Shown one piece after another: positions 24,771 to 38,969 of a stretch of DNA of 64,000 nt. The notes beneath the pieces are model-generated. The model was not told the origin of the DNA and did no database searches. It saw only the letters and a list, made by a program, of their open reading frames with translations. Every line of letters starts with the position of its first letter. The stretch's first letter is position 1. The stretch lies in the NCBI GenBank assembly GCA_951406725.2, contig OX597816.1, positions 132,370,001 through 132,434,000 of the forward strand, read 5' to 3'. Origin of the DNA: Octopus vulgaris. Taxonomy: Eukaryota. A program made the position numbers and the translations under genes.

Positions 24771-27140
24771 CAACACAACTGACCAGCAAACTGGCTTTAA
24801 GTATTGTATTATAAAAGACATTTTTATGTTAATTTTTAAAATTGTTTTCTTCCCTTTTTATTCTATTATTACCCTCATGTGTTATTCTCTCCTACTTCCC
24901 CACCCCCCAACAGAATACAGATAAAGCCAGTAGCCATATTATGTATTCACACATAGATTTTGTTCTGATTCACAGAATCATAAGGTGTATGTATTTCTCT
25001 ATAGTTGTGTGTGAGTATAAATGTGCATTCGCGTGCGAGTGTGTGTATGTGTGTTTGTGTGATATGTAGACACACATACACTTTCTATGAAAAGTAATTT
25101 TATGTGAATACTTGCAGCAAAAGACTTTAACATTACAAAACCAGAAGGGAACCTAAGATCAGTCATTCCGTTAATAAAAACTACCATATCTATCCTTATG
25201 GTAATTCACTGCCAACTGATGTTGTTGCCAGAGTCTGCACACTGCAAACAGCAAGCAGGTTGCAGAATTGATATGAAAAGCCTCAATATTTAAAATGTCA
25301 TCATTGTTTTTTTAATATTTTCATCAAATTTTTTTTATTTCCACTTTTTTCCTCCATTATGGGCTGATCATTTCCGTTTATGGCTGCAATTTTTTTTTTA
25401 AATGACAAGTGGTGACTTTTTTTTGGTCTTATTTTCAAATGCTTATTTCTATTATGATTATTATTATTATTACTACTACTACTACCACTACTACTACTAC
25501 AACTACTAAATTACAAATGATAAATAAATCTTTCTTGTTAGCTGGAAACTGATTGCACAAGCATATTTCTATTAAATGGGTTTGTTTGTACCCACTAACA
25601 CAACACACACATGCACACAAGAAAATAAAAATATCAGGACAAATTTTTTCTACAATAAGGTTTCGATTTTTTTTTCTTTCTTTTTTTTTCATCTTTTCAA
25701 TCACAAATAAAAACAAAAAATGTTCTTTTTGTAAATTTATTTAACTAGAAAAGGGGAAGTGATTAAAATATCAGATTTTTATCAGTTATTTTGTACATTG
25801 TGCTGTACAATTCTTTCTCCCTTCAGAGTTATTGATTTATTATTATCTTGAAACATTTTGATTAGCATGATAATAATGATTGGAATGTAGAAACTGCCAT
25901 AGCTTAACGTTGCATATCCTAAATTTATCAACCAGTGCTCAATTTCTGATAGATTTATTGAAATTTTTATCTGTATCATTCAGTTTATGTAAACAAAAGC
26001 AACAGGCATCCCCCACTCTGCCGAGAAAGAAAAAGAAAAGGGAAAAAAAATCTTGCCAATATTCTTTTAAAAGCATTCATGTATATGGCAGTCCAGTGGT
26101 AGAGTGGATCTGGTTGAATCCCTATTCTCAACCAGTTAATAGTAATATTATAAACAACTCGTTCGTCAAGTCATTTTATTAATAGAGGTTCCTCCATATT
26201 AAACAAAGTTTCGTAGTCATCATTAAATTCTTGTTACTTTGGTCTGCAGTGGACTGAGTATGTAATAATTGTGTGCATGTATGTGTATGTATGCCTGCCT
26301 GTCTGTCTGTACATCTGAGAAGATGACAAGTATTGACAATACTGGATTCTTGTCTTACACAACCAAACGTTATATCAAACAAACGACTGGATTTTTGTCT
26401 TGTTTTATAAGCTCAGAAACCATATATGCATTGAAGAAGTCTTTTGTTTGCTTGCATTAAATACCATACATTTTGGTTCATATTTGATATTTTTATAGAT
26501 CATGCTTTTTTTTTCCTTCTTGGTAATCTCTTTGCGATGAGGGAGCATCAAAGAGAACTCAGTAGAACATGTATATGTGTGTGCATGTATGTATGTGTAT
26601 GTGTGTGTTTCTCTTGATGAAATACTTTTTTTAAAGTTCTACTATTTGTCTCACTAACTCAGCTAAAATCACTGAAAAAACACACAGCATATATAAGCTG
26701 TGTGTTGGCTTAAACTAATCAATCTCACATTTTTTTTTACTTTCTAATATATATTTTTTTTTATTATTGTTACAACCTTTCTCTCACCCCCATTCCTACT
26801 ACCATAAACAGAAGTAATCTGTTTATTTTATATTCCCTCTCCCCACCCCCACCATTTTGTGTGTTGCCAGCCACTCACCAGCAGTTACAAAAAAAAATTA
26901 AAATAAAAAAATATTAAATATATAGGGGTTATATCTTTTATTTTATTTTTTGTCTTTTTTTTTGTTTTTACATTTAAAATAAAAAAAATTTTTTTCTTTT
27001 TAAAAATTAATTTAAAGTTATTTTTGTTTTATTTTCACATTCATTATCCCCCAATCCATACATTCTCTTGCATTATTATTACAGTGAGTGGACAGTAAAT
27101 AGTCTCCGTGTCTAATGAAATAAAGAAAAAAATAAATTGT
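24356..27140 (+). other. Probable long 3' UTR of the nuclear receptor gene
   Basis: About 2.8 kb after the stop codon with no recognisable SINE/LINE, U/A-rich, ending at tandem AATAAA (27119-27124, 27131-27136) just before SINEs resume. The 3' end is inferred. Confidence 0.45.
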
Positions 27141-27242
27141 TCTTACTTATTTCAAGCTTCAATTCAGCACTATCCACTGCCTTGTTTACCTTTCTTTCAC
27201 TCTATTAGTGGAATGGTTGAACAATGAATTACTTCTTCTTTT

Positions 27243-28065
27243 TAAGGTGGTGAACTAGCAGAATCATTAACATGCTGGACAAAATGCTTAGCAGCATTTT
27301 GTGTCCATCTTTATGTTCTGAGTTTAAACGCTACTGGGGTTGACTTTGCTTTTCACTTTTTCAGAGTCGATAGAATAGGTACCAGCTGAGCACTGGGGTC
27401 AATGTAATCAACTTACCCTCCCTCCTCTGAAGTTGCTGACCTTGTGCCAAAACTTGAAACCATTATTATTATTATTATTATCATTACTAATACTAACAAG
27501 GTAGCAAGCTGGTAGAATCATTAGCACGCCAGGTAAAATGCATAGTGGCATTTTGCCTGTCTTTATGTTTTGGGTTCAAATGCTGTCAAGGTTGACTTTA
27601 CCTTTCATCCGTTTGGGGCTCAATTAAATAAGTACCAGTCGATCACTGGGATTAATGTAATTGACTAGAACCCCACCATAAAAAAAAAAGCAAGAAAAGT
27701 GCTGGCTTTGTGCCTAGTAGAAAGAATTATCAGTAGATTGACAGTCATTAGAATGTCGGGAAAATACCTTGTAATATTTGTTCTGGTTCTTTATAATCTG
27801 GCTTCAGATTCTGCCAGAGTCAAGGTTGCCTTTATGCCTTTATCCTAGGATCAGATGATGGATTAGCAAAATCATTAGCGCATCAGACAAAATACTTTGC
27901 AGCATTTGTTCTGAGATCAACTCCTGTCATAGTCAAAATTACTTTTCATCCTTTTGGGGTGGATAAAATAAAGCGCCGGACAAGTACTGGGGTTGTTGTC
28001 ATCAACTTGCTCCCTCTCCTTAAAATTGCTGGCTTTGTGCCAAAATTTGAAAGAATTATTATTAG
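27243..28065 (+). repeat. Second head-to-tail cluster of the same SINE
   Basis: Four to five full or partial units starting near 27243, 27498, 27733 and 27853. Confidence 0.85.
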
Positions 28066-31000
28066 TTGTATTATATAGCAGTATTTTAAGGAAAATTTCT
28101 TATTACACCAGATCAATTTGTTTTATTCATTTTAAAAGATTTTCAGTTTTTTTTTCCTATAACTCCGTTTATTTCTTTGGTTAATTCATACATTTCTTCC
28201 TTACTTGCAAAACCCCCTTCACCTTCTTTCTCTCTCACACATATGTACACAATATTCCCCACATTAGCAATAATTAATTGCTTTAATCAGATTAACTACA
28301 TTGGGTTATAAAACACCTGTGCATTTCATAATGAAACAGTTACTATTTCATTTTCACAATACCTTGTCTAATTGTCATTTTTTTTTTTTAATACTATGAT
28401 TATAATTACAATATGAAAGATATAAAAGTTGATTACTTCAATCCTTTAAATATTTGTAGAAAATTTATCAACAGTAATCCCTATGATTCAGATTAATTGC
28501 TAGGTTTATTTTCAACTAACCTTGAAACCATTAGTGTGGTAATTTTTTTTTATTCTGGAGACTTCTGTTGCAACCAAGTGTAGATATAGTACTTAATATA
28601 CATATAAAATAATATGAAGCAGGCAGTAAATTTTATAGTCTCTTTTGATAATTCCCTGTGTGATTTTAACAGGACCAAGAAATTGAGACAAAAGCAGGAT
28701 AGCATTAGGGGGTAAGCATTTCTTTATACATTGTGCGTGTGTTTAGATACACACATGTATGCATGTTTGCATATGTGTGCATACATGTGCAGGCATATAT
28801 GTGTGTGTGTGTGTGTATATCACCTAAGAACAGCAATTTAAAAGAAATAATGATTTATATCTAAAATGTATAAAGCATTTATTTATGAGAAAGAGAGACA
28901 GCTCTATGAAGGAAACAAAATGAATCTGTTACTGACTGAAATACATTGCTTTATTGATATTGTCAAATTATCAGTCACTCCAGTGGGTGAGGAACTAAAT
29001 TTGTAGGCCTTTCTGTCAGTTGACTGATATGGAACCTAAAAGAAATTGCCATTTGATCATACAAGAAGCACCTTTTACTTGTCCCCTGGAGGACAGTTAT
29101 TACAAGGAAGATAATTATTTCTTCATAATATTTGTCAGGATTAGAAATTTGATTTTGAATTTAAGGAAGTATATGGGAAAACATACAGAATGCTCCATTT
29201 TCTTTTTTCATTCTCGTTGCAAAGTTCTTAAAATATCTAGTCAGCGGTAGTCATGTATAGCACTGTTTCATTCTTTTTTGAAATTGTCAGCATGATATAA
29301 CTTTAGACTTATTAAACTTTTTATGAAGTGAAACATTTCATAAAAGGTGGAAATAATTCAAATCTGGAAGAAATTCATGAAATATGTGTGTGTGTTTGTG
29401 TGTTTTATTTTTCTTTCTTCATAGAATGTTAGTAGTTTAGCAATTGGGAGGAAAGTGAAAGTTTTTTATGTTTATATATAGGGTAACTTAGAGGAAGTGC
29501 TGAAGGAGTGGCTGGCCAGAGCAGTCCTTAAATGTGATCATTTGCAATTTTTGTTTTTTATCACTTCCCTAACAATTGAAGTCCCCACATACAGAGGCAT
29601 CTTTATATATGCATTTTATGCATATTTATATGTATATGTCTGTGGCCGGGTGGTTAAGTTAGCTTAGCAGTCATAAGATCTTGAGTTTGATCTCATTCTG
29701 TGGCTTCTTGAGCAAATGTCTTCAAGGTAAATTCAAGCATTGTGAATTAAACTGGGTAGATGGAAACTGGATTGTACCTGTAATTAAAAGGGCTAGCTTT
29801 ATCACCGACCGTGTCATGCTGAATCTGAGTAAATGTGTCTGTAGAATACTCAGTGACTCAGACACTAACACAATGAGTATGAGTTGGTAGTTCAACTATT
29901 TGAACAATTGGAATACTCATCATTAATGCTTAGATATATTCTACTTACAAATTAATAATATTCATTCTTTATGCATACATCATCGCATATGCCTTCAGTT
30001 TTAAAGGGCATGACAATTTTTGTTGCTAAATTTTGTTTATTATAAATCTTGTTAACATTTATTATTTTTTTAATGTGTGTGAGTATATGTATATATATAT
30101 ATATATATAATATATATATATATAGATAGATATGCATACACACATGTATATACACATGCACACACACATAATCTGATCAAGAGTTCATATCATTTGGGAT
30201 TTTTTGTTACAAAGCTTTTGATGGAGGAAGAATATTTTGATGAACACTTATTTAAAAAGTAGTGAGAAATAGTATTTTAGAGAGAACCATTTCACCCCAA
30301 TAATAAGCTAATTATGTTCACTGGTGTTTCTTTAATCTTCTAGTTACCATTTAGCTACATGTGAGTTCAGATCATAGAGACCTTATGGTCAAAATTATTT
30401 TAGTTATGGCCATCCTATTCATTTACACATTCATTCTTTGACTACATTATCAAATGTGTCTTTGAGATGTGATTTAAAGAGATTTGACTGCTATTTCAGA
30501 CAGGTCAAAGCACTATGTAGATTCTCTCATTGGCTCAGATGTTGTTCTAAGTGGCATGATTGAGTATAGTTTGTAAAATACTACTTGTTTCCTGGTATGT
30601 TTTAAATTGCCAAAGACTGACATTAAATTCATTACTAACTTAACAGTATTTGTCGTTAGTAATGGAAGCAGCGTTAATTCAGAAGAACATTCTGTATATC
30701 TTACTATATATACTATAGAAAACCACAAAACTGCATTATTCATCTTGAGAAAACTTCTTGTATAGACATATATTGCTAAAAAGCACAGAAGTGTACCAGC
30801 AACAGGTGATAGAATTGCTAACTCCTGTTTTCTGTATTTTTACTCATCATCAGTAGCAATCATCTTTCAACCACAAACTTAGACAAATTTCCCTTCTACT
30901 GATATAGAAAAACAATGATTGACAAATCACTTATGTAACAAATAGATAGCTAGCTAGCTGGGTAAAAATTTGTTACTATTGACAAGAACAGCATTGGTTC

Positions 31001-31549
31001 ATAATATCATTTTGTATATCATGGATATAGTATCAAAAACCACAAAACTAGTATTTATGTTGAGAAAGCATCTTATATAGTAGATATAGTGATGGAAAAC
31101 TCAAAAGTGCATCAGCTGCAAACAAAAAGTGTCCATCAGCAGTAGTATGTTAAATCTGAAATAATTTCTTGATCAGTAGCAAATATTTACTTAGCATTTA
31201 TTGAATACATTTTTAGAATTGTTCTAGTTTTATGAATGACAAGCTACTTATGTTTGTTTTAATTTATGGAATATGTTTCTCAGTAAAACTTACTGTATAT
31301 AGTACATGCAAAAATGCTGATTTACAATATGGGTTAAACTGGTATTTGAACAACAGTGTTGTAGGTTTAGAAATAATGCAGAAAATTGAAATATATATTG
31401 AAGAAAAATGTATAGATAGTGAAATAGCATAGCCTGATATTACATCTGAATGAAATATGCAATGAAATTTAGAAGTAAAAGAATATGCATTGGTGAAATC
31501 ACTAGAATAGATCAGTTAGAAGTGGTCAGTGTAAATTTTACTAGTTTAG

Positions 31550-31840
31550 TGACATCATTGTAATATTTACATTTTGATGTACTGGTTTGATGTTTCCTTT
31601 ATGACAATTGCATTAGACTGATTTTGTACATTACCTTTGTGATAGTTATATTTAGCTTGTTATATAATGTCCCTGTTATGAAGTTTATGTTTGACTAGTT
31701 TTGGAACATTTCCTTTAGGAAGTTTAGAGTTGACTAGTTTTGTGAAGGTTATATCACACCAGTTTTGTGATGTTTCCTTTGTAAAGGTTATATTTTACTG
31801 GTTTTGTGAGGTTATAGTTAATGGTTTTTATAATGTTCCT
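31550..31840. repeat. Degenerate minisatellite, unit about 39 bp
   Basis: Recurring GATGTTTCCTTTGTGAAGGTTATATTTGACTAGTTTT-like units, about 6-7 copies. Confidence 0.65.
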
Positions 31841-33814
31841 TAGGTATTAATTTCATTGAAATATTTCACTCTTTTCATGGGAATATAATTTATCTCTATG
31901 TCATTGGTTCAAACAATTAATATAATAGATTACCCAGCTGCAAACACTTAATTAGCAATTGGAAATATATTTTGCTCTAAATTTACTGTTGCAACAGAAT
32001 GTGTCTTAATCAACAAGCCATCCAAGTCAAACAAATTGATATATAATTGCTAGAAAAATAATAACCAATCAGTTATTAATTAAAATTCTCTGTTAATTAG
32101 AATCTGTTCAGTGTTGCTGTATAAAATATTTCACTACAACGGTAAGAGCAAGTATGATAAATTATGTTTTATAATGCAGGTGAATGAGCGGTATAGAATA
32201 TAAAATAACACCTTAAAACGCATTGTTCAACCCAGTACACCTCTTGTTAATATTTCTTGGTGCTTCAGGTATTTTGCTTAAATAGGAAGAAATGAGTTAT
32301 GGCTTCCATGTAATTATAATGTATGCCAGTTGTTGCAGAATTATTGACATGGATAATTTATATAAATATGCAAAATATTTTTTTTTTTTTACATTTTTGT
32401 GCATATTAAAAATTTAGGCGTAATAGAGTTAGTTGATATTAATTAGTAAGTGAAATTTCTGTCATGACTAATTAATCAAAATATTTCTCTCCAATCACTG
32501 ATTTTAAGCTGAAGGGAATACGCCAATCAAAATGATCTCTGATTTTTTTCTTTACAACTAGGAATATTCTTTATTCTCAAACTGATGTTTGCCCGCATCT
32601 TTTATTGACAATTTCACATAAGATGGTTATAAAAGTGTAAGAAGGCTGTTTTTCAGGGACCATTAGTCACTGCCAGTTTTTTGGTTTGTCACTTTATTTA
32701 AAAAAAATTTTTTGTATGGGAGTGGGTGGGTATTTTATTTTTCTTTTGTCTTCATACAAAAACTCAGGACAAATTTTTTTGGTGCTTCTGTTTGGCCTAC
32801 CTCCACCAAAATGACATAACTGCCCTCTGACCTCTTGTTCTATGTGGCAAAATATGAATTCCCCTTCCTACTTCAAACAGATCATGCTCACAACTTGCAT
32901 GAAAATGTCCAAAAACAAAAATTAATTGTTGATGTAATACTTCATCACGGTTCATTAGAAGCTTTCTCTTTTGGACACAAATTTCACCTCTCTCTCTCTC
33001 TCTCTCTGTACCTATCTATCTATCTCTATCTCTCTCACATACACACATAATCTTAAGATTTTAGCAATAATAGAAATGAAAGCTTATTTTCCACGAGTAA
33101 CACTGCCAATCCCTTTATTTTAAATGTTCATCCTTTTACAGAAAGGGATTTAAACAAATTTGAAGGCAGTCTTAAACCTCCCATCTCTCTTACCCACAAT
33201 GCAATTGTTTGTTGTTATAACAACATACACTTTGCTTAAACTATTGCTCATATCAATCTTCTTGCTGTTGTATAATTCTATTTTTCTCCCCTTCTTATAT
33301 ACTCTTTAAATTTTTAATGATGTGGGCAGGAGTATCTAGTCAGTATGACTTCCTCCAACATTGATTAGGGCAAATATTCTCTGGAATAATTTTACCATTA
33401 ACATGCAACAGATTTAGTTAGAAAAACACATCACAGTTTCACTTACACATACAGGCACAAAGATATGTATCATTCACACACATTTTGTGCTGTTTGATTC
33501 TTATGAATATTTTCAAAACGTTTTCCTTTTTTTTTTCTTTTTTTTTTATAACTTGTAACATTATCGCTATCTCCTCCTCATCCTTCTCTTCCATTTCTGA
33601 TTTATTTCTTTATATGTACAGATGATATTGTGTTGGTTCTTACTCTTTTTTTTAATCCTTTTGATAAACGTGATTGTAAAGATCATCTCTAAGTTTGTGT
33701 TCTTTCTCACATGTCATAAGAACCATTAAGGGACAAATTACTAGCATTACAACATAACTTTTTGTTCAAAAAAAATATCAAACTTCATCATTATCATCAT
33801 CATTATTATTTGAA

Positions 33815-36800
33815 TAGAGTAGCAAGCAAAATGTCCTGCAGTATTCAGTTCTGTCCCTTTTACATTCTCAGCTCAAATTCCATCAGGGACAGCTTTATCT
33901 TTCACTCCACTTAGGATGACTGGATGAAGTAAAAGTACCAGGCAAATCTTTGGGTTTGATATAATTGATTTTACCTTTCCTGACTTCTAAAAGATGTTTT
34001 TGTCCCTCTGCCTAAATTAGAAATTATTGTTGCTGTTGTTAAGGTGGCAAGTTGGAAAAATCATTAGTGCATCAGTCAAAATGCATAGTGGCATTTCTTC
34101 CAGTTCTTTAAATTCTGAGTTCAAATCTTGCTGAGGTCAACTTTGCCTTTCAACCTTTCAAGGTTGATAGAGTAAAATATCAACTGCGTACTAGGGATGA
34201 TGTAATCGACCTCCCCCTCCCTTCAAAATTTTTGGCTTTGTGCCAAAATTGAAATGGATTGTCATTAAGTAGTGAGCTGGAAGAATTGTTACTGTGCCAG
34301 ACACAATGCTTAGCAATGTTTCTTCTGACTCTTTATGTTTTGAGATCAAATCTGTCAAGGTCCTTTTTACTTTTGTTCCTTTTAGGGTCTGTAAAATTAA
34401 GCAGCAGTGAAACACTAGGGTCAATGTAATTTGCTAATCCCCTCACCCTAAAATTGCTGGCCTTGTGCCAAAATTTGAAACCATTATTATTAAAGTAGCA
34501 AGCTGGCAAAATGCTTAGCAGCATATCATCCATCTTTATGTTCTGAGTTCAAATTCTGCCAAAGTTGACTTTGCCTTTCATCCTTTTGGGGTTGATAAAT
34601 TAAGTACCATTGAAATACTTGGGTTGATGTAATTGATTAGTCCCCTCTCCCCAAATTTCAGGCCTTGTGCCTTTAGTAGAAAGGATTATTATTAATATTA
34701 AGGTGGCAAGCTGGCAGAATCATTAGCATGCCATGCAAAATGCTTCATGGTATTTCATCTGCCTTTGTGTTCTGAGATCAAATTTCGCCACGGTCAGCTT
34801 TGTCTTTCATTTTTTTCAGGGTTGATAAGTACCAGTGAAACACTGAGGTCATTGTAATCGACTAGTCCCCTCCCAAAAAATTTCAGGCCTTGTGCTTTTA
34901 ATAGGAAGGATTATTATTATTATTATTAGAGCAATGAGCTGACAGAATTATTACCATGCCTGAAAAAATGCTTAGCACCATTACTTCTGGTTCTGTACAT
35001 TCTGAGGTCAACTTTGCCTTTCAGCCTTTTGAGCTTGATAAAATAAGTACCAGTCAAACACTGGGGTCAGTATAATCAAACAGCCGCCTCCCACAAAAAT
35101 TTCAGGTCTTGAAAGGATTATTATCATTATTATTATTGAAGGCAGCAAGCTGGCAGAGTCACTAGCACACTGGGCAAAATGCTAGTAGCATTTCGTCTGT
35201 CTTTACACTCTGAATTCAAATTCTGCCAAGGTTAACTTAGCTTTTCATCCTTTTAGGGTCAGTAAAATAAGTACCAGTCAAGTACTGGGAGTGATGTGAC
35301 CAACTTTCCCCATCCCCCAAAATTTCAGGCCTTGTGCCAATAGTAGAAAGGATTATTATCATTACCAGTGGAATGCATGTTACACAATTGCAATATTTGA
35401 CAAGCTAGGCTTATGACCTGATTTCTCTCCTCAGTTGGATCTGCTTCACTTCTGTTCTTATTGCCTTTATATATAAAGATAAAAGAAGACATCAATGTCA
35501 TCAGTCCAGTTCCCTTCTGTTGGTCTGAGGCATTCAGTAATTTTAATATTAATAATACTAGTAGTAGTGGCAGTTGAAAGTTACTTTTTTTTTTTTTTCT
35601 TTCCCTTGCTCCCAGTCTGTTTCTTGAAACATCATCTTCCCTTTTTATTTTAAACTATGTCTTACAGCCTTGCAGTTTATTTTTGTGGGTGTAAAGACAG
35701 TGGAACATACCTGTATTGTATTAATTGCTCTGAAACTGAATAATACTTCATCCCATCCTTCCTCTCTGCTAATGCATCCATCTGGTCCACATGCCCTACA
35801 GACATTAACATGCTGGATTTAAAAGTATATATCAATCTCACTGAGTTCTTTCTCTACTCTAATAGAACCCTGCCGAAGTGAACTCCTGGGGTTGATAAAG
35901 TACCACTCAGTGTATCTGATCTCTCCCTTCTCTCAAAAATTGTTGGCCTTATGCCAACATTTAAAACAACTATTATTAGTATTATTATTGGTGAGTTGGC
36001 AGAATTATTAGTGTCAGAAAAAATGCCATGTGGAAATTGTTTTGGGAGTTTACATTCTGATTTCAAATCCTGCTGAGGTCTATTCTACCTTTCATCCTTC
36101 TGGGGTCAACAGTATCAGCAAACAACCTCTTTTCAAAATTGCTGGCCTTGTATCTATCTCAGAAACAATCATCATCATTATCATTGTAATTATTATTACT
36201 ATTAAGGTGGCGAGCTGGCAGAATCCTAAGCATACCAGGCAAAATGCTTAGCAGCATTTCATCTGTCTTTACATTCTGAGTTCAAATTCCACCAAGGTCA
36301 ACTTTATTGTTCATCCTTTTGGGATCGATAAATTAAGTAGCAGTTAAATACTGGAGTCAATGTGATTGACCCATCCCCTCCTCCAAAATTTCAGGCCTTG
36401 TGCCTTTAGTAGAAAAGATTATTATTATTAGGTGGTGGTTTAAGGTAGCAAACTGGCAGAATCATTAGCACACTGGGCAAACTGCTTAGTGGCATTTCAT
36501 CTATCTTTACATTCTGAGTTCAGATTCTGCTGGGGTTGACTTAGCTTTTCAGGGTTGATAAAAATAAGTACCAGTTGATCACTGGAGTCAATGTAATTGA
36601 CTTACTCCCACCCCAAAAATTGCTTGCCTTGAGCCAAAGTTATTATTATTATTATTGTTATTATTAGGTGATGGATTGGCAGAACCATAAGAATTTCGGA
36701 TGAAATGCTTTGTGGTATTTCTTTTGGCTCTTTACATTCTGTGTTGGAATGCCACCAGGGCAAATTTTGTCTTTCAACCCTCTGGAGTCCATTAAGCAAA

Positions 36801-38420
36801 GTACCAGTCTAGTTCTGGGGTTGTTGGTATCAACCTCTCCCCTCAGAATTGCTTACCATGTACCTAATTATTAATATTGGTTTCAAATTTTGGCACAAAG
36901 CCAGCAATTTCAGGGTATCAGTCGATTACATCAACTCCAGTGTTCAACTGGTACTTGTTTTGTCAATGCCGAAAGAATAAAGTGCAGAGCCAACTTCTGC
37001 AGAATTTTAACTCAGAACCTAAAGTCAGAAGAAATACCACTAAGCATTTTTCCCGGCTTGGTGATGATTCTGCCAGCTCACCACTTTACAATTATTATTA
37101 TTAGTATCGAAAAAGGTGGTAGAATCATAAGCTTAGTGGTATTTCATCTGGCTGTACATTCTGAGTTCAAATTCTGCTGAGATCAACTCTGCCTTTCATT
37201 CTTTCAGGGTTGATAACATAAGCACCAATCAAGCACTAGAATTGATGTGATTGAATTATCCACTCCCTTAAAATTTCAGGGCTGTGCCTACGGTAGTCAT
37301 GATTATTAATATTATTCAGAGTAGTAGCTGGCAATAACCTGTAGATCATTTATTGGACAATGCTTTGCAGGATTCCTTTTACAATTCTTGACGTACAGGG
37401 TTTAAATTCCACCATGGTCATATTTCCCATTAATCTTTCTGGGGGTTGTAAAATAAGTACCAGTCATGTATTGAGCTGATTTTAACCAATATCTATTTTC
37501 CCCATCAAGAACAAAATAGTGGGTCTTATTGTTCTGTTAAGTCAGTGAATTGGCAGTCATTAGTGTCAGAACAAAATACATCACATTATTTGCTCTGGCT
37601 CACTACACTCTGAGTTCAAATCCAACAGAAATCATCTTTATCTTTCATCCTCTGAGTTCAGAGTAGATGTGGGTTGGTTTGATATGTTCAAGCATTGGAT
37701 AAAATGCTTTGTGTTAGCCATTTTGTTTCTTTACATTCTGTTTTTTTTTTTGGTGGGGTAGATTTAACATATCATTTGGTTTCAAACCCACCTCCTGGTA
37801 GCTTGGGTGTCTTTAATGTAGTGCAATCTGTTGGGGATATTTAGGTCAGAACTTTGATTTTAGGATAAATTCCTCTTTTCTCCTCTCTTGCCAGTCTCAG
37901 CACCTTGACAAAACAAAGGACTACGGACATTCCTCTTTCATCCCTAACAATACAGAATATATATATATATGTGGGTGAATACATATTTATATTTATTTTT
38001 TTATTGGTTTCAACCAAAGGCTGAGACCATGCTGGAACACACATACATAAATATATATATATGTGTGTGTGTATATATATGTGTGTATTTATATATGAAC
38101 ATATGTATGTGTGTATATACGTGCATGTACATATGTGTATGTATTTAAATGCATATATGTAAGTATATACTTTTGTGTATATGTAAATGCATATATATAT
38201 CATATATAATTCATATATCTAACACGCATTATAAATATAATGCATGTTAGAGAAACGGTTTATGGTATTTTTCTGAGTTCAGACCCCACCAAGATCAACT
38301 GTACCTTTCATCCCCTCAGGGGTCCATAAAATAAAAGTACCAGTAATACTGGTGAAACTATGATATTGACTAACCCCCACAAAATTACTGGCTTTGTACT
38401 TAAATCAGAAATCATTATTA
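33815..38420 (+). repeat. Head-to-tail cluster of about 230-bp tRNA-derived SINEs with Meta-like central domain and (ATT)n tails
   Basis: Repeated unit AAGGTGGCAAGCTGGCAGAATC...GAGTTCAAATT (B-box-like)...TGCCTTTCATCCTTTTGGGGTTGATAAATTAAGTACC...TTCAGGCCTTGTGCC...ATTATT, with starts near 34041, 34265, 34493, 34699, 34928, 35138, 35990, 36203, 36441, 36665, 37112 and 37318. One inverted copy at about 36877-37085. Confidence 0.88.
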
Positions 38421-38928
38421 TTATATCTGAAGAAGCTCACAAGTTGATGATGGGTATATGCATTCATTATTTGTTGCCACATTGTCTAGAACCCTTGCCA
38501 CTAAACCTTGCTGGTAATTGGTACAACAAAGAGCCAGTCCCCTTTTTTTCCTTCTTCTATCTTTTGTCCCTCTGATGGTGCTCGAACCTATGGCAACTAG
38601 AACTTTAGTCAGTACATTAATACACGGTTCATGGTTTATGCTAAAATATGAAAGAGAACAATGAAAATTTTCTCAGTTTTTTGTACATGGCAGATGTGGT
38701 ATTTGTGAGTTGTAATTTCAATTTTTGCATTTCATTTTTATTTCCTAAATTATTAGATCTACATTATTTTCATAGTCATGTTAAATGGCTATATATTGTG
38801 ATTAGTAAACCTTGCATTATTTTTCTTCTGACTTGTCATTTCCTCAAGCAGGAGAGGTTACTATTTGTTTTCATACAACAGAATGTCTTATTATAAGTTC
38901 ATACATCTCTCTTTCTCTCTCTCTCTCT

Positions 38929-38969
<41 letters not shown>

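Noticed and set aside
33815-38420. Repeat array superficially like CRISPR or a tRNA cluster
   Set aside because: Units are about 230 bp, diverged, with Pol III boxes and ATT tails, so they are SINEs. There is no constant short repeat with spacers and no cas genes.
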